64,000 bases of DNA. Origin: Eledone cirrhosa (taxonomy: Eukaryota). This document shows positions 36,890-49,282 of this stretch, one piece after another (position 1 is the first letter of the stretch; each line of letters opens with the position of its first letter). The DNA is taken from NCBI GenBank assembly GCA_964016885.1, contig OZ024755.1, positions 39,866,001 through 39,930,000 of the forward strand, written 5' to 3'. The notes beneath the pieces were generated by a model that worked only from the letters and a program-made list of their open reading frames with translations, was not told the origin of the DNA and ran no database searches. The position numbers and the translations under genes are program-made.

Positions 36890-39800
36890 CTGTTAAGAGA
36901 GGGGTGGTAGTAGTGCCACTACACATGAATAAGCGTGGAAGGCATCAAAAGATATAAATAGACTGATTTAGTGACCCGGTCAAACAGCTAACAACAACAA
37001 CACCAAAATAATTTTTTTTGTTGTATCTCTAAACTCTCTCAAAATGTTTAGTTTCAACGATGTCAAATCTAAACTATAATATAAATAATAATAAGTCGAA
37101 AGATTATAGAACAGAACACAGACAAAAACAAATTTCAAAAGTTTAGAACGCAACAACCCTACTTCACACGTAGCTAAAATCAAAAACAGCAGCAGCAGCA
37201 ACAACAACACTAGTAACCGATGTTACTGGCCTTGAAAAACGAAAAACGTAAAAAAAAAAATAAATAAATAAACAAAAAAACTAAGTCAGACATTCAAACA
37301 TTACAATGAAACTTATGTTTATTTTTTTAAGTTTGTATCTATTTATTTATGTTCGTCTACAGCGTGATGGTGCCAGGCTAAAATCACCGGGGGTGATGAA
37401 ATCACCGGTGGTTATGTAACCATACATTCACCAATCCTCGATATGAGTGTTTAAATGTCGAACCTAAACAGTTCGAATAACGGTGAAGAGGAGATTGGAA
37501 CGCCGTGACAGACTCTCATCCAGCAAATGCGCCCTGGCCCAGCAGCAGGGCCCTGGCTGTCATCCAAATACTGCTGGTGTTGGAGGAAGAAGAAGGAAAG
37601 GGGCAAGAACCAACTGGACGAAAGAATTTAATAGAACTGTTATGGAATGTTACCTGAAGAGTAACCCCAAGGAAAAAGGCTATAGGAAACGGATGCATAA
37701 CATCTGGAACGAGATTGGACTATTTAAATTAGATGAACAACAATTGGCCGGGCAGGCTCGGGTAATAAGAAATAATGGATGGATAAGCGAGCTGGAACTG
37801 GAGGAACTGAGCAGAGAGATTAGGTTAGAAATGGAGAGTGGAGTATGCCAGACAAACGAGCCAGTGGGAAATGAAGATGAAGAGGTTGAGAGAACGGAGG
37901 AAGCACCCGTAGCAGACAATGATCTGAATGCTGAAATAGATAACATCTGGAACAAAGATACGGCCATTGAGGAAATGAATGCTGACGGGCTAGGACATGA
38001 TTTGGTTGCTATCCTAAACTTAGTGGTAGATGTAATGAACAATGATAGTGGGAAACCTATGAACCTAAGATTTGTAGACAGGAAAAAGTTAAAAGAAACA
38101 ACAGCTAAGGTAAACAAAGTCATCTCATACCTTGAGGCGCTGAACCTTCACCAATGCAACAATATCCTCAAAGCAACAGCAAATGCGGTGAAGAAATTAC
38201 TTGGCATAAAAACGAGGGGAAACAACAAACAAGAAAGATCAGAACCTTGGTGGAAGAAACGACTGAATGGTCAAATCAATGAATTGAGAAATGACATTGG
38301 AAAGCTTGAGTCACTACTGAATGGGACACTACAAAACATAGACACTAAAAATAGACTGGAAATAAAGTACAAAACTAGGAGGAAAAAGCTAAATATTATC
38401 ATAGAGGAACTGAAGCAACGCACTGTAGCAAAGAATGCAAAAATTAGGCGATACGAGATCAGAGTCAGTCAGTATAAACAGAACCGCATGTTTGACAACA
38501 ACCAGAAGATGTTGTTTGGACAGCTTGAAGGGAAAGAAAGAGGTAACGACTTGATCCCCGAGGCGGAAATTAGTGAACAAGCACACCAACAAACTGATTT
38601 GAGTATCACAGTTGAAACTCTTAAGGGGCGGGCCAAATAACTAACCAACTGGAAATGACCAGGCCCAGATGGTGTGCAGGAGTATTGTATCAAAAATATA
38701 ACATCCCTCCACCCGAAATTGACAACCATGTTCAATGACTGCTTGATGTCGGGTGAGGTATCAGAGTGGTTGACAAAAGTTACCACAGTTCTAGCAATGA
38801 AAACCGAATCAAGGGGAATGATGTTACCAACTATAGACCTATCACATGGCTGTCCATAATGTGGAAACTATTAACAAGCATTGTGTCTGAGGAAATCTAC
38901 CATCACCTCCACACAAACAACTTGTTACCGGACGAACAGAAAGGATGCCGAAAGAGGTACAAAGGACCAGCTACTTATTGATAAGATGGTAATGAGGAAT
39001 TGCAAGAGGAGACACACTGGTCTTGCCATGGGATGGATAGATTACAAAAAGGCATTTGACATGGTGCCTCATTCTTGGATTACCAAAATCCTAGAGATCT
39101 TCAAGGTGGGAGATAACATCAGACAGTTGTTGAGCAAAAGTATGAAGTCCTGGGAAACAGAGTTAACATCAGGTGGAGAATCCTTGGGAGGCGTGAAGAT
39201 CAAGAGAGGTATCGTCTAGGGAGATAGTTTGTCCCCTCTGTTGTTTGTCCTTACCCTGATACCCCTGACCATTATACTGCGAAAAGTGAGAGCAGGATAC
39301 ACGTTGGGAAAAGGAGAGCTTACCATCAATCACCTCCTCTTAATGGACGATCTTAAACACTTTGGGAAAAATGAGAAGGAGTTGGGTATACTTGTTGACA
39401 ATGTTCGTATTTTCAGCAATGATATATGTATGCAATTTGGTATTAATAAGTGTGGAGTCCTAGTGATGAAGAGGGGAAAATTGAGTAGAAGCAACGGAAT
39501 CCAGGTACCAACAGGTGAGATGATAAAGGAAATTGACACTGAAGAAGGATACAAGTATTTGGGTATTCTGGAGGCTGATGACATCAAGAACAAAAAAAAT
39601 GAAGGAATTGATAAGATCTGAATACATTCGGAGAGTAAGGAGCGTATTAAAGTCACATCTGAACAGTAGGAATGCCATAAGTGCAGTAAATTCCCGGGCT
39701 GCGTCTATTATTAGGTACAGTGCGGGAATTCTGAAATGGAATGTTGCTGAACAAAAAGAAATGGATAGGAAGACTAGGAAGCTATTGACTATCTACAACA

Positions 39801-40845
39801 TGTTCCACAAGAGGAGTGATGTCGATAGACTCTACTTAAAGTGATCTGAAGGTGGAAGAGGTCTTATCAGCATAGAGGAATGTGTTCAGATGGAGAAAAA
39901 CAACCTGCACAAATACGTGACTGACAGTAGGGAGCCAATGCTCAGAATTGTACTGAAGGAGAGGACAATAACCAGGGTATATCCAAGGAGGAAATAACAT
40001 CAAGGAGGAAGAGCAACCTTCATGAAAAATCCCTTCATAGTACCTTCTTTAAGAAAACTGAATTTAGTGATCCACAGACATGGAACTGGTTAAAATGAGG
40101 AGACCTTAAAAAGGCTACAGAAGGAATGCTAATGGAGAGCAGGCCCTCAGAACGAAGTGGGTGAAACACCATATTTACAAGGAGGAGGCTAGCCCACTGT
40201 GTATGATCTGCGGAGAGAGAGAGAGAGGAGACTCTGGCTCACATTGTATCCGAGTGTAAACACCTAGCCCAGACTCACTATAAAGGCTGGAGACATGATG
40301 TGATGGGTGATCCACTGGCACCTATGCAAAGTAAACAATTTACCACATTCTGAGAAGTGGTATAACCATAAGCCAGAGTCGGTGATAGAAAACGATCAGG
40401 TGAAGGTGCTGTGGGATTTTAGGATACAGACGGACAAGAAACTGGAACACAATAGACTTGACCTGGTGGTTTTGGACAAGGAAAAAAGATCGTGCCTGAT
40501 TGTAGATGTAGCTTGCCCATTTGACACGAGAGTGCAAGAAAAGGAAAGGGAGAAAATTAACCGATACCAGGACATAAAGTGGGAGGTAAAAAGGATTTGG
40601 AACTGCCATGAAGTCAGAGTCGTCCCGATTGTCATAGGCGCACTAGGTACTATCTTAAAGAGTTTCCAACGATAGTTAAAGAAAATTAGTCCAGCCCCGC
40701 TTTTTGGAACACTTCAAAAGGCATGCTTGCTGGGAACAGCAAGAACCCTCCGATACGTCCTGAATATCTGAGGCTGCAGGTAGTGGCTTGATATTCATTT
40801 CAACAAACTGTCCAGTTAAATAATATCAATGACTGAGACTCTAAG
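36890..40845 (+). mobile_element. R4/Dong-like non-LTR retrotransposon (RT + restriction-like endonuclease), frameshifted, flanked by (TAA)n
   Basis: [92 protein letters not shown]. (AAT)n at 36855-36889 and 40846-40866. The 5' boundary is inferred. Confidence 0.88.
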
Positions 40846-41119
40846 AATAATAATAATAATAATAATGATTTCATTTATTGGCCACAAGGGCCGACATATA
40901 GGGGACAACACAATAGACAGGGACAGTGGGGGTTTACATAGAGATCGAGTAAGTATAAATAACAAAAAAACAAAATAACAATAAAAATACAACAATGAAA
41001 GTTCCCCAATAAGAGGGATCACCACCCAGTGTTGACTCAAGCACCCCACCAGTCCTGAGCCACCCGACGCTCCTAGGGCACCCGGGAAGGGCACCCCTCT
41101 CCTTCTCGAATTCACCAGC

Positions 41120-44100
41120 CTACAGGCGCATGATCAGAGTAGGCCCACTCACGCGGGCCATTCTCGCCACATTCACCCACCTTTCAGTAAATGTACTGGG
41201 GGGCAGCACTTCTCTCTCCACCCTCACCTTCCTTTCCAAGTGAAACTTGAAGAAGTTGATGAGGGATTGGCCGAAGAGAAAAGTGTCTGTCTTCAGTCCT
41301 TTCAACCTGGTCCACCATGCAACCTCTTTCGCTACTGCCACCAGGCAGAGGAAAATTGCCTGCCCTTCCTGACCAAAAGAAGGCGGCGGGTCAATCTTCA
41401 CTATGGACTCGGACGATAGCCGGATCCGTTCTACACGCGACAATAGCTGTTCGACATAACCCCACAAGTCAGCAATGCACGGACACTGGACGAGTGCGTG
41501 CAGAACGGTTTCGTCGCTCTGCGCGCATCTCGGGCAGGTTCGTCTGACAGCACTTCCGTGCCTGTAGAGTTTATCCCGAACCGGCAGCGCCCCCCGGTAG
41601 CACTGCCAAGCGAGGGATTTCTGGAAGTTATCCATCGTCCCCGGCTCGAAAGTCCTCCGGAACATACTGGTCAGTTCTACTTCGTTGACGCCCAGAGCCT
41701 CTCCTAGTACGTCATCGCACTTGCCCTCCACTAATCCTCTATAGAAATCTTGAGTGGAAGTTCCACTGACCGCATTGCCCACCTTGCAGAGTGCAGTGAG
41801 CGCCTGGCAACATTCCAGATGCCAGTCGCCCAGTCTCGGTCTCTTCTTGACCCAGGACTGCAGCTCAGTCAAAGAGATGAGCTGCGGAAAGGCCCGTCTA
41901 ACAAACGGCGACCACACCTGTTCACCGTTTAGGCAAAATATCTGGAGATGTCGCAGCCTCAGCGCATGTCTGCGCATCATTAGCCACGGCATGCCCAGCC
42001 CTCCACGAAGAGGGTGCTGGCAGCAGATGGACCGCCTCACCAACGGGACCCGTCCCCTCCACAAAAATTTGAAAAGGAGCCGTTCCAAATTGGCGAGGCG
42101 TGGACGGGGGCAAGGCACGACGGTCAGGCGGTAGTAGATGACGGACGCGATGTACGCGTTCGCCACCTCCGCCCGCCCTTTCAGTGATAGCTTTCTCTCA
42201 GCCCATTTCTGGGTGAGGTTGGCTATCCTGCTCGTCACCTCGTCCCAATTCTTATCCACCTGGAGGTCTGGTCCGAACCAAACCCCGAGCAACTTTACCG
42301 GTCCGTCTGTCCAGCGCCCAACGACGCTGTTGGACGGCATGGACTTGCCTCTCCAGGTGCCGAGCTGCAAGCCCACCGACTTTTCCGGGTTAAGTTTTGC
42401 TCCCGTCAACCTTTCATATTCCTCCAAATGGGTGCGGATCACCTCGATTTCCGAGGTGTCCGACACCATCACGGTGATGTCGTCCGCATAAGCGGACGCA
42501 GCCTTTCTACGTCCCGGTTCGAGCGGGATGCCCTGCAACAACTCCAGCTTCCGCAGTAGAGGCTCAAGAGTCAATACGTACAGAAGTGAGGAGAGAGGGC
42601 ACCCTTGACGGACCGATCGAGAGATCTGAAACGGTTCCGAGAGGTGGCCATTAACTTTGACCACCGAGCGGATGCCGCTGTACATTGCAGCGATCCAGCT
42701 TCTGAAGACGGGGCCGAAGCCAGCCGCCTCGAGGACAGCCTCCAAGTACCGATGGTCGACCCTATCGAATGCTTTCGATTGATCTAAATTGATCAGAGCC
42801 CCACCGAAGCCAGGTTTGCACCCAACCCTCTCTATGATGTATCGCATGAGGTGGAGGTTGTCGTGTATGGACCTGGTCGGGATTGCGCAAGTTTGCGCCT
42901 CCCCAACCAAATCTTTGACGACAAGCGCCAACCTTTTCGCTAACACCTTGGCTAAAATCTTAAACTCTGTGTTGAGCAGGGTTATGGGCCTGAAATTATC
43001 TAGTGTGTCCCTCTTGTTCTCGTCTTTCCTTATCAGCGTCACTACGCCACGGCTCACAGAACTGGGAATGCTCCCGTTCTGCTGCCAGTTGCAGTAGAGC
43101 GCTTCGAGGAGATCGGAGAACAAGTCTGGCATATTTACGTAAAGCTCGTAGGGCAGACCATCCAAACCGGGTGACTTGCGACTCGAGCAGCCGACAAGGG
43201 CGTCCTGAATTTCGGCTGATGTTATCGGCTCTTCGCAGCGCTCAGCGTCGGCCGTCGAGAGGCGTGGCAAGCCGTCGAGGTAGGGACTGAAGTCCGCCGC
43301 CGTCTCCGACTCACCCATCCTCCCGAACAATCGAGCAAAGTGCTGGCGAAAGGCCTCACACATCTGCTTGGAATCGCTCAGTTCGTGTCCATCTCGATCC
43401 GTCAAAGACCGAATTGTGGTTTTATTTCCACGCTGCGTCTCTGCAAAGCGAGCCCATCGGGCAGCTTTGCTTCCCTCGTTCCTCAGAGCACGCGCCTTAG
43501 CTCTGACAATGCAACCTTCGTGTTTCGCATTGAAGAAATGGTCTAGTGCCATTCTCGCCGCTAGCACGTCTGTTGCAATGCCACTACAAATAGCCTCGTC
43601 TAACTTAGCTATCAGCCCCTCCTCCTTTCTATTTTTCTCTATTGCTACTTCTTTGCTAAATCCTATCGAGGTTGCTCTAATCTCTCTTTTGAGTGCCCCC
43701 CACCACCTGTTGTTGACAACCCCCCCTGTCAACTTTTGCTTAACTAAGTTGTTGACCCGGTCCCTGTAAGCTTTACGTGCCGGAAACGACATGTTTAGCT
43801 TCCAGTAGCTAGGTCCTAACCTACGTGTCTTATCTAGGTCGACCATACAGATCACAAGCTTGTGATCTGAATAGGCAACCGTTTTAAAATGTGGACATCC
43901 TACACTATTTCTATCTCTTTTCCTAATGAAAATCCTATCTATGTACGATCTAGATGACCCTATGCGATTGGTCCAGGTCCATACTGGCGCATTAGGGAAA
44001 TCTAGTCGGTACCTGTCAGACAGTTGAAACTGGCTGATCAGGTACTTGAGGCTTTTGCACCCCCCGCTCCTATCAGATACTCCCACACAATCCCAGCGTG

Positions 44101-44539
44101 CTTCTAAGATGCCATTCCAATCCCCTATTAACAGTAAAGGGCGAGACGTAAGCAGAAAGTTTTCCAGGCGCCTAAAGAAGTCCGGCCGACCGGCCCCAGT
44201 AGGGGCGTAGACGGCCACCAGTCTAAAGGCACCACCTTCACTATTGCTCACGTCCAGGACCACCAACTTTCCGTCAGGATCCCGGAAGATTGACCTTACC
44301 TCGAGATCCAGACATTTCCTAAACAGCACAGCCACTCCACCTCCCATTCCCGGCCGACTAACAGATGCAAAGATCTGATAATCGTCGAAAATCGGCGCCA
44401 GTGCGCGTGTGTCGGAAATTCTGGTCTCGCTGATGGCAATTACATCCATTCCTAGTGACCTGAGGTCGTTGAGCAAGTGACCTTGCTTCCAGGGCGACCC
44501 CAGGCCACGAACATTTAAACTTCCTACTCTTATGGCCAT
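41120..44539 (-). CDS. Tx1 ORF2, 1139 aa: APE endonuclease, RT, C-terminal CCHC zinc motif
   Basis: [76 protein letters not shown]. Confidence 0.96.
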   Translation of the reverse strand: MAIRVGSLNVRGLGSPWKQGHLLNDLRSLGMDVIAISETRISDTRALAPIFDDYQIFASVSRPGMGGGVAVLFRKCLDLEVRSIFRDPDGKLVVLDVSNSEGGAFRLVAVYAPTGAGRPDFFRRLENFLLTSRPLLLIGDWNGILEARWDCVGVSDRSGGCKSLKYLISQFQLSDRYRLDFPNAPVWTWTNRIGSSRSYIDRIFIRKRDRNSVGCPHFKTVAYSDHKLVICMVDLDKTRRLGPSYWKLNMSFPARKAYRDRVNNLVKQKLTGGVVNNRWWGALKREIRATSIGFSKEVAIEKNRKEEGLIAKLDEAICSGIATDVLAARMALDHFFNAKHEGCIVRAKARALRNEGSKAARWARFAETQRGNKTTIRSLTDRDGHELSDSKQMCEAFRQHFARLFGRMGESETAADFSPYLDGLPRLSTADAERCEEPITSAEIQDALVGCSSRKSPGLDGLPYELYVNMPDLFSDLLEALYCNWQQNGSIPSSVSRGVVTLIRKDENKRDTLDNFRPITLLNTEFKILAKVLAKRLALVVKDLVGEAQTCAIPTRSIHDNLHLMRYIIERVGCKPGFGGALINLDQSKAFDRVDHRYLEAVLEAAGFGPVFRSWIAAMYSGIRSVVKVNGHLSEPFQISRSVRQGCPLSSLLYVLTLEPLLRKLELLQGIPLEPGRRKAASAYADDITVMVSDTSEIEVIRTHLEEYERLTGAKLNPEKSVGLQLGTWRGKSMPSNSVVGRWTDGPVKLLGVWFGPDLQVDKNWDEVTSRIANLTQKWAERKLSLKGRAEVANAYIASVIYYRLTVVPCPRPRLANLERLLFKFLWRGRVPLVRRSICCQHPLRGGLGMPWLMMRRHALRLRHLQIFCLNGEQVWSPFVRRAFPQLISLTELQSWVKKRPRLGDWHLECCQALTALCKVGNAVSGTSTQDFYRGLVEGKCDDVLGEALGVNEVELTSMFRRTFEPGTMDNFQKSLAWQCYRGALPVRDKLYRHGSAVRRTCPRCAQSDETVLHALVQCPCIADLWGYVEQLLSRVERIRLSSESIVKIDPPPSFGQEGQAIFLCLVAVAKEVAWWTRLKGLKTDTFLFGQSLINFFKFHLERKVRVEREVLPPSTFTERWVNVARMARVSGPTLIMRL

Positions 44540-44568
44540 GCTGGCAGGATGAATGGGAGAGGAAAGGT

Positions 44569-46479
44569 TTACTTACCTTCCGGGGTCTTGTGAAGGTCGG
44601 GTGGTTCGACCTCCATGGTTTGTGGGGTTTCTTTTGGGAACCCCTTTAATAGTCTTGACGTGGGTTTTACGTTCGGGGTTCCCACATCCCGAGGAAAGCT
44701 CTTTCGAATTTCTTTGTATGAAGCGAGCGACATTCGCATCAGAAGCAAATTATCTGGTACGCGAAATGTGCTCGCTTCAAATGTTTCCCCGTCTTTTTCG
44801 ATGTTTGTGCTTCGTGCTACATGGGCCATCAATTCCTTGTTGGCCCTTCTGGCAAGCACGAAGTTTTTAATGTTTTGTTGCTCGGGTTTTATTTGTTCGT
44901 GTGATTGTGGTGGTGATAGCTTTGTTAGTGTTGTTTCTATTGTGTCTGCGTTTGTTGTGGGTGGGGTGTCTGTAGTTTCTGATGTTTGTGTGTCTATTTG
45001 TTCTTGTGTCTGTTTAGCTTGTTTGCGTTTGGGGGATTTTGGTGGTTGTGTTGGTGATGCTGTGGGGAAAATGTTTGTGTGGGTGGTGTGTGTATTTTTT
45101 TTTGTGGGGGTGTTTGTGCTTTGTGGATTTCTTTTTTTTTTGTGTTTTGTTTTTTGTATTTTGGGGGACTTTGGTTTTCCCTCATCTTCACTGCTGGAGG
45201 ATGAGGGGTCTGTGGCTGTGAGCGTGTTTGTGTCTGAGTGAGTGTTTATGTTCTTGTTCGTGTGTGTATTTTGGGGGGGAGGGGGAATGGGAGAGCTTTC
45301 CTCGTTTCCCCCCTGGGTGTGCAATTTTGGTGGTTCCATTGTTGACGGTGTTGCTGGTGGTCCTTGTCCCGGCGTCGCCAGCAGTGGAATCTTTCGACCC
45401 CTTGCGCTTTTCGGCAGTTGAGGGCAGAAGGCTCGCAAGTGTGTCGTTTCCCCACAAAGGAAACAATGCGGCCTTTTGCCCTCAGTCATTATATGCAACA
45501 CCCTCCCGTTTTGGAGGCGGATGTGGTCCGGGATTGTTTTTACGTTTTCGGGTCTGATTTGGAGCAGTATCTCCAGATCAACCCCGGACCAGTCGTCCCT
45601 GGCAGTTCTCGTTGCCTCTACCGGGACTGTATCCGTTCCTTCCACGATTACGCAACCCAGGAGCCACCACATATCAAGTCCTGGTGGAATCCTGGGAATG
45701 CGCACACGTGCTATTCGTTTTCCCATGTGGGAGGGGTACATTATGACCTTGCTAGTTTTGCAAGGGGTCATTGAATGCTTCACAGCGAGGGCTTCAGACT
45801 TGAACAGCACCGAAACGGTGCCGTATTGCCTGCCCCTCTCTATGAAGTCTGTGTCCTCTCTGATGTATTTCAGTGCGGCTTCTATGTCAGCTTGGGCGAT
45901 TATCGCTGCCCTCTTTGTCTCTACTGAGATGCATCTGAAATGCACCGTTCTTTTTTCCACTGCCTCAATGGCTTCTGCCGGGACAGTTAAGTTTGCCCAG
46001 GTCTGCTCTTGATTTATGATTTTCCAGGCCTGGGCCAACTTTTCCTCTCTGTTGGTTAAGTCGATGCTGTAGCATGGTCTCCTTTTAGCCGCTGCCACAG
46101 CAGCGAAAGTGTTCTTGTTGGTGTTGTCACTGTTGTTGTTCTTGTTGGTGTTGCTGCTGCTATTGCTGTTGTTGTTCTCCCCTGTGTCGTGGTTACCCTC
46201 TGTGCTGTTGGCCTTGTTGGTGCTGTTGCTGTCGCTACTATTACTCTCTGTGCTGTTCGTTTTGTTGGTGCTCTCGTTATTACCACCTTCTGCGCTGTTC
46301 GGCTTGTTGGTGTTGGTGTTGTCGCTGTTACCACCTTCCGCGCCGCTCGGCCCGTTGGTGCTGGCACTGTCGCTGCTCACATTCGTGCTGGTGGCGCTCC
46401 TCGCCTCACCTCTCCTCTCAACGCTCAAGTCGCCGTTGCACGACAGCAGACCCGCCTCTAGGGGGCGTGGCTCCGCCAT
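44569..46479 (-). CDS. Tx1 ORF1, 636 aa: gag-like nucleic-acid binding protein with zinc knuckle
   Basis: CFLCGETTHLRAFC CCHC knuckle, N/S/T-rich N-terminus, K/P/T-rich C-terminal linker; directly upstream of ORF2. Confidence 0.9.
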   Translation of the reverse strand: MAEPRPLEAGLLSCNGDLSVERRGEARSATSTNVSSDSASTNGPSGAEGGNSDNTNTNKPNSAEGGNNESTNKTNSTESNSSDSNSTNKANSTEGNHDTGENNNSNSSSNTNKNNNSDNTNKNTFAAVAAAKRRPCYSIDLTNREEKLAQAWKIINQEQTWANLTVPAEAIEAVEKRTVHFRCISVETKRAAIIAQADIEAALKYIREDTDFIERGRQYGTVSVLFKSEALAVKHSMTPCKTSKVIMYPSHMGKRIARVRIPRIPPGLDMWWLLGCVIVEGTDTVPVEATRTARDDWSGVDLEILLQIRPENVKTIPDHIRLQNGRVLHIMTEGKRPHCFLCGETTHLRAFCPQLPKSARGRKIPLLATPGQGPPATPSTMEPPKLHTQGGNEESSPIPPPPQNTHTNKNINTHSDTNTLTATDPSSSSSEDEGKPKSPKIQKTKHKKKRNPQSTNTPTKKNTHTTHTNIFPTASPTQPPKSPKRKQAKQTQEQIDTQTSETTDTPPTTNADTIETTLTKLSPPQSHEQIKPEQQNIKNFVLARRANKELMAHVARSTNIEKDGETFEASTFRVPDNLLLMRMSLASYKEIRKSFPRDVGTPNVKPTSRLLKGFPKETPQTMEVEPPDLHKTPEGK

Positions 46480-46809
46480 GTTTTTTTGAGAAAAAAATTA
46501 TTATTTTTTTTCAAAATAAAGTTCAAATATTTGGGCCAAAAGGCCCAAATATTATGAGTTATTCCTTCACAGGATACAAATTAATGTCTTATAATGCTTC
46601 AGCGGTACAAAAAATAAACAATTCTCTACAATTAATCCTCAAAAAATTGCTTACTCACGGAGCTTCAAAAAACGTACATCCACTTTCGTCAATAATAATA
46701 ATAATAATAATAGTAATAATAACAACGACAAGAACAACAATAATAATATACACATATATATATATACACACACACACACATAAACATATCTACACACACA
46801 CACACACAC

Positions 46810-47697
46810 GATAGCAATTGACAACGCTGCGATCGAATGTGGCTTTTTAGCCCAGCCAATGATCTAAAATGTCTTGCACAGAGTTGGCAACCAAAACATT
46901 CACTGGGAATAGCCGGCTGTGGTTGGAGTTCATGTACTTTTGCATGTCGTTTGAGCCCTCCTGCTGATTTATATTCTCTACCACATGCTTGGCAAGCATG
47001 GTGAGTAACATCTCCAACAGCAGCCTGGTAGTCAACCACTGATCTCACTTTATGACTGCAAAGATAACTTTCGAGTCCAGCTTTGCTTAGGCAGAGTCTC
47101 GCACAGACGCTGCATGTCAGCACCATAGGAGGACCTTCGCCGTCTGGAAATGCAACAGTTATGCCCTTCCTCACATCCCGCTTAACTATCTCGTATGCGG
47201 TTCTATATGCCTCAAATATACAGTCTTTCTCCATTCATTACGATCAGCAGCAACATTTTCCCATGTATCAGCAGATATGTTAGCGTCTTTCAAAGAAGCT
47301 TTCAACGAATCCTTATACCTCTTTTTTGGTTTATGTGGAGGTCGTTTTCCTTTAACTAACTCTCCATAAAAGAGTTGTTTTGGTATTCTAGAATCCTTCA
47401 TCCCTGCAAGGTGACCACTCCAACGGAGTCTTTGCTTGAGCACAAGAGCTTCTATACTGTCACACATAGAGCTTTCCAAAATCTCGACATCACTGATGTG
47501 GTCCCTCCAGTGAACGCCATGGTTCCGTCTGAGACACATCTGATGGAAACGCTCCAATTGCTTAAGGTGGTGTTGATATGTGACTCAGGTCTCGCAGGCA
47601 TAAAGAAGGGAAAAGAGCACACATGACTTGTACACCTTTACCTTTGTCTTGTATATGTCTCGCCGACCCCAGAGTCGCCTTTCTAGCTTTCCATAAG
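46810..47697 (-). mobile_element. RTE-clade LINE 3' fragment with C-terminal C2H2-like fingers
   Basis: ERFHQMCLRR, RLRWSGHL, RIPKQLFYGEL, KKRYKD, AADRNEWR, then three CxxC..GLxxH units; ends in (TG)n. Confidence 0.85.
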
Positions 47698-49155
47698 TAT
47701 GTCAAAAAAAAAAAAAACTATATATAATAAAATAACAATCGAAGTCCTCAATAGGGGGGAACGTTACTGCGGAGTTGTTTTACATCCCGTAGATAGAACA
47801 ACCCTCAACACCAGGAACACGTTTTGTAGATGTCCCCGTCTTCCCTCTGTTTATCCTCCTCAATATCTGTTTATCTTGCTTTATATACAGAGAAGGCCCA
47901 TTCACTCGGGCCATTTTCGCCACATTCACCCACCGTCAGCGAATTTACTGGGGTGTAGCACCTCTCACTCCACTCTCACCTTCCTTCTGAAATGGTATTT
48001 AAAGAAGGGGATAAGATGTTGTCCGGAGAGAAAGGTGTTTGCCCTCAGTCCTTTTAACTTCGTCCACCATATTACCTCTTTCGTCATAGCCACCAGACAG
48101 AGGAACACAGCCTCTCCTTCGTTCTTAAATGAGGGCAGCGGGGTGATCCTCACGATGGACTCGGCTGACAACTGGATGCGTCCCACATGTGACAATAGCT
48201 GTTCGACATAATTCCACAGGTCGGTCTACTGGGCACTGAACAATTGCGTGCAGAACGGTTTCAATGACCTGCCACATGTTGGACAGCTCCTTTTGGCAGG
48301 ATCTCTGCCAGGGCGTCCGTGCCTGTAGATTTTGTCTCGAACTGGTAGAGCTCCTCTATAGCACTGCCAGGCTGCAGACATTTGGAAGTTATCCATAGGC
48401 CCTGGACGGAAAGTCCTCCCGAACAGACAGGTGAGTTCGTCCTCTTCGAAGCCTATAGTTTCCTCGAGAATGCCGTTGCACCTATCCCCTACTAATCCCC
48501 TATAGAATGTTGACGTGGGGTCTCCGCTGATTGCCGTTTCCCCTTGATAGAGGGCTGTGAACACCTGGCGGCACTCAAGGTGCCAGAGCGATAGATAGAG
48601 AGATAGATAGATAGATAGATTTCTTTATTTGCCACAAGGGCGCACAAGAAAAGGGGACAATACAAAGACATATGCCGGGAATTTTACATACAATCGCGTA
48701 AAAACATATTTTCAACAAACAAATTTAACAGTCAAAATCCCCAATAGGGGAGAGGCGTTACAAATGGGTTGTTTAATGCGCCGTAGATAGAACAACCCTC
48801 AAGTCCAGGAGCATGTTGTGCAAGTGCTCCTTTCTTCCCTTTGCTCTCTTCTTCAACCTACAGGTTTATATACAGAGAAGGCCCAATCACTCGGGCCATT
48901 TTTGCTCCATTCACCCACCTTTCAGTAAATTTACTGGGATGCAGTGCCTCTCTCTCCACTCTGATTCTCCTTCTAAAGTGGTTCCTAAAGAAGGGAATGA
49001 GTTGTTGTCCAGAGAGAAAGGCATCTGTTCCTCAGTCCTCTCAATCTCGTCCACCATATAATCTCTTTTACCATAGCCACAATACAGACAGACAGATAGA
49101 TAGATAGATAGATAGATAGACAGATAGACAGATAGATAGATAGATAGACAGATAA

Positions 49156-49207
<52 letters not shown>

Positions 49208-49282
49208 GATCTCTTCCAGGGCGTCCGTGCCTGTAGACTTTGTCTCGAACTGGTAGAGCTCCTCGATAGCACTGCCAGGCCA
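47698..49282 (-). mobile_element. Cluster of degraded Tx1 3' fragments with (TATC)n tails/inserts
   Basis: WQCYRGALPVRDK, IWWTKLKGL and FKYHFRRKVRVE match the ORF2 C-terminus. A 3' end ..CTTGTGGCAAATAAAGAA(ATCT)n sits at 48590-48640; GATA run at 49086-49207. Confidence 0.88.

Larger units (their letters stand above)
40867..46690 (-). mobile_element. Full-length, apparently intact L1/Tx1-clade LINE (about 5.8 kb) inserted in (ATT)n
   Basis: Two open ORFs, 5'UTR, 3'UTR ending AATAAATGAAATC(ATT)n; (AAT)n on both sides. Confidence 0.95.

Noticed and set aside
37370-37420. Hairpin-rich segment (GGTGATGAAATCACC) in the R4-like 5'UTR as a possible ribozyme
   Set aside because: Could not fit either the hammerhead core or the HDV double pseudoknot by eye.
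44541-44576. Intron-like GTAAGT...pyrimidine...CAG between Tx1 ORF1 and ORF2
   Set aside because: Only 36 nt, splicing would put ORF2 out of frame, and the AG is not conserved in the sister copy (GCCAACATG at about 1372-1380).
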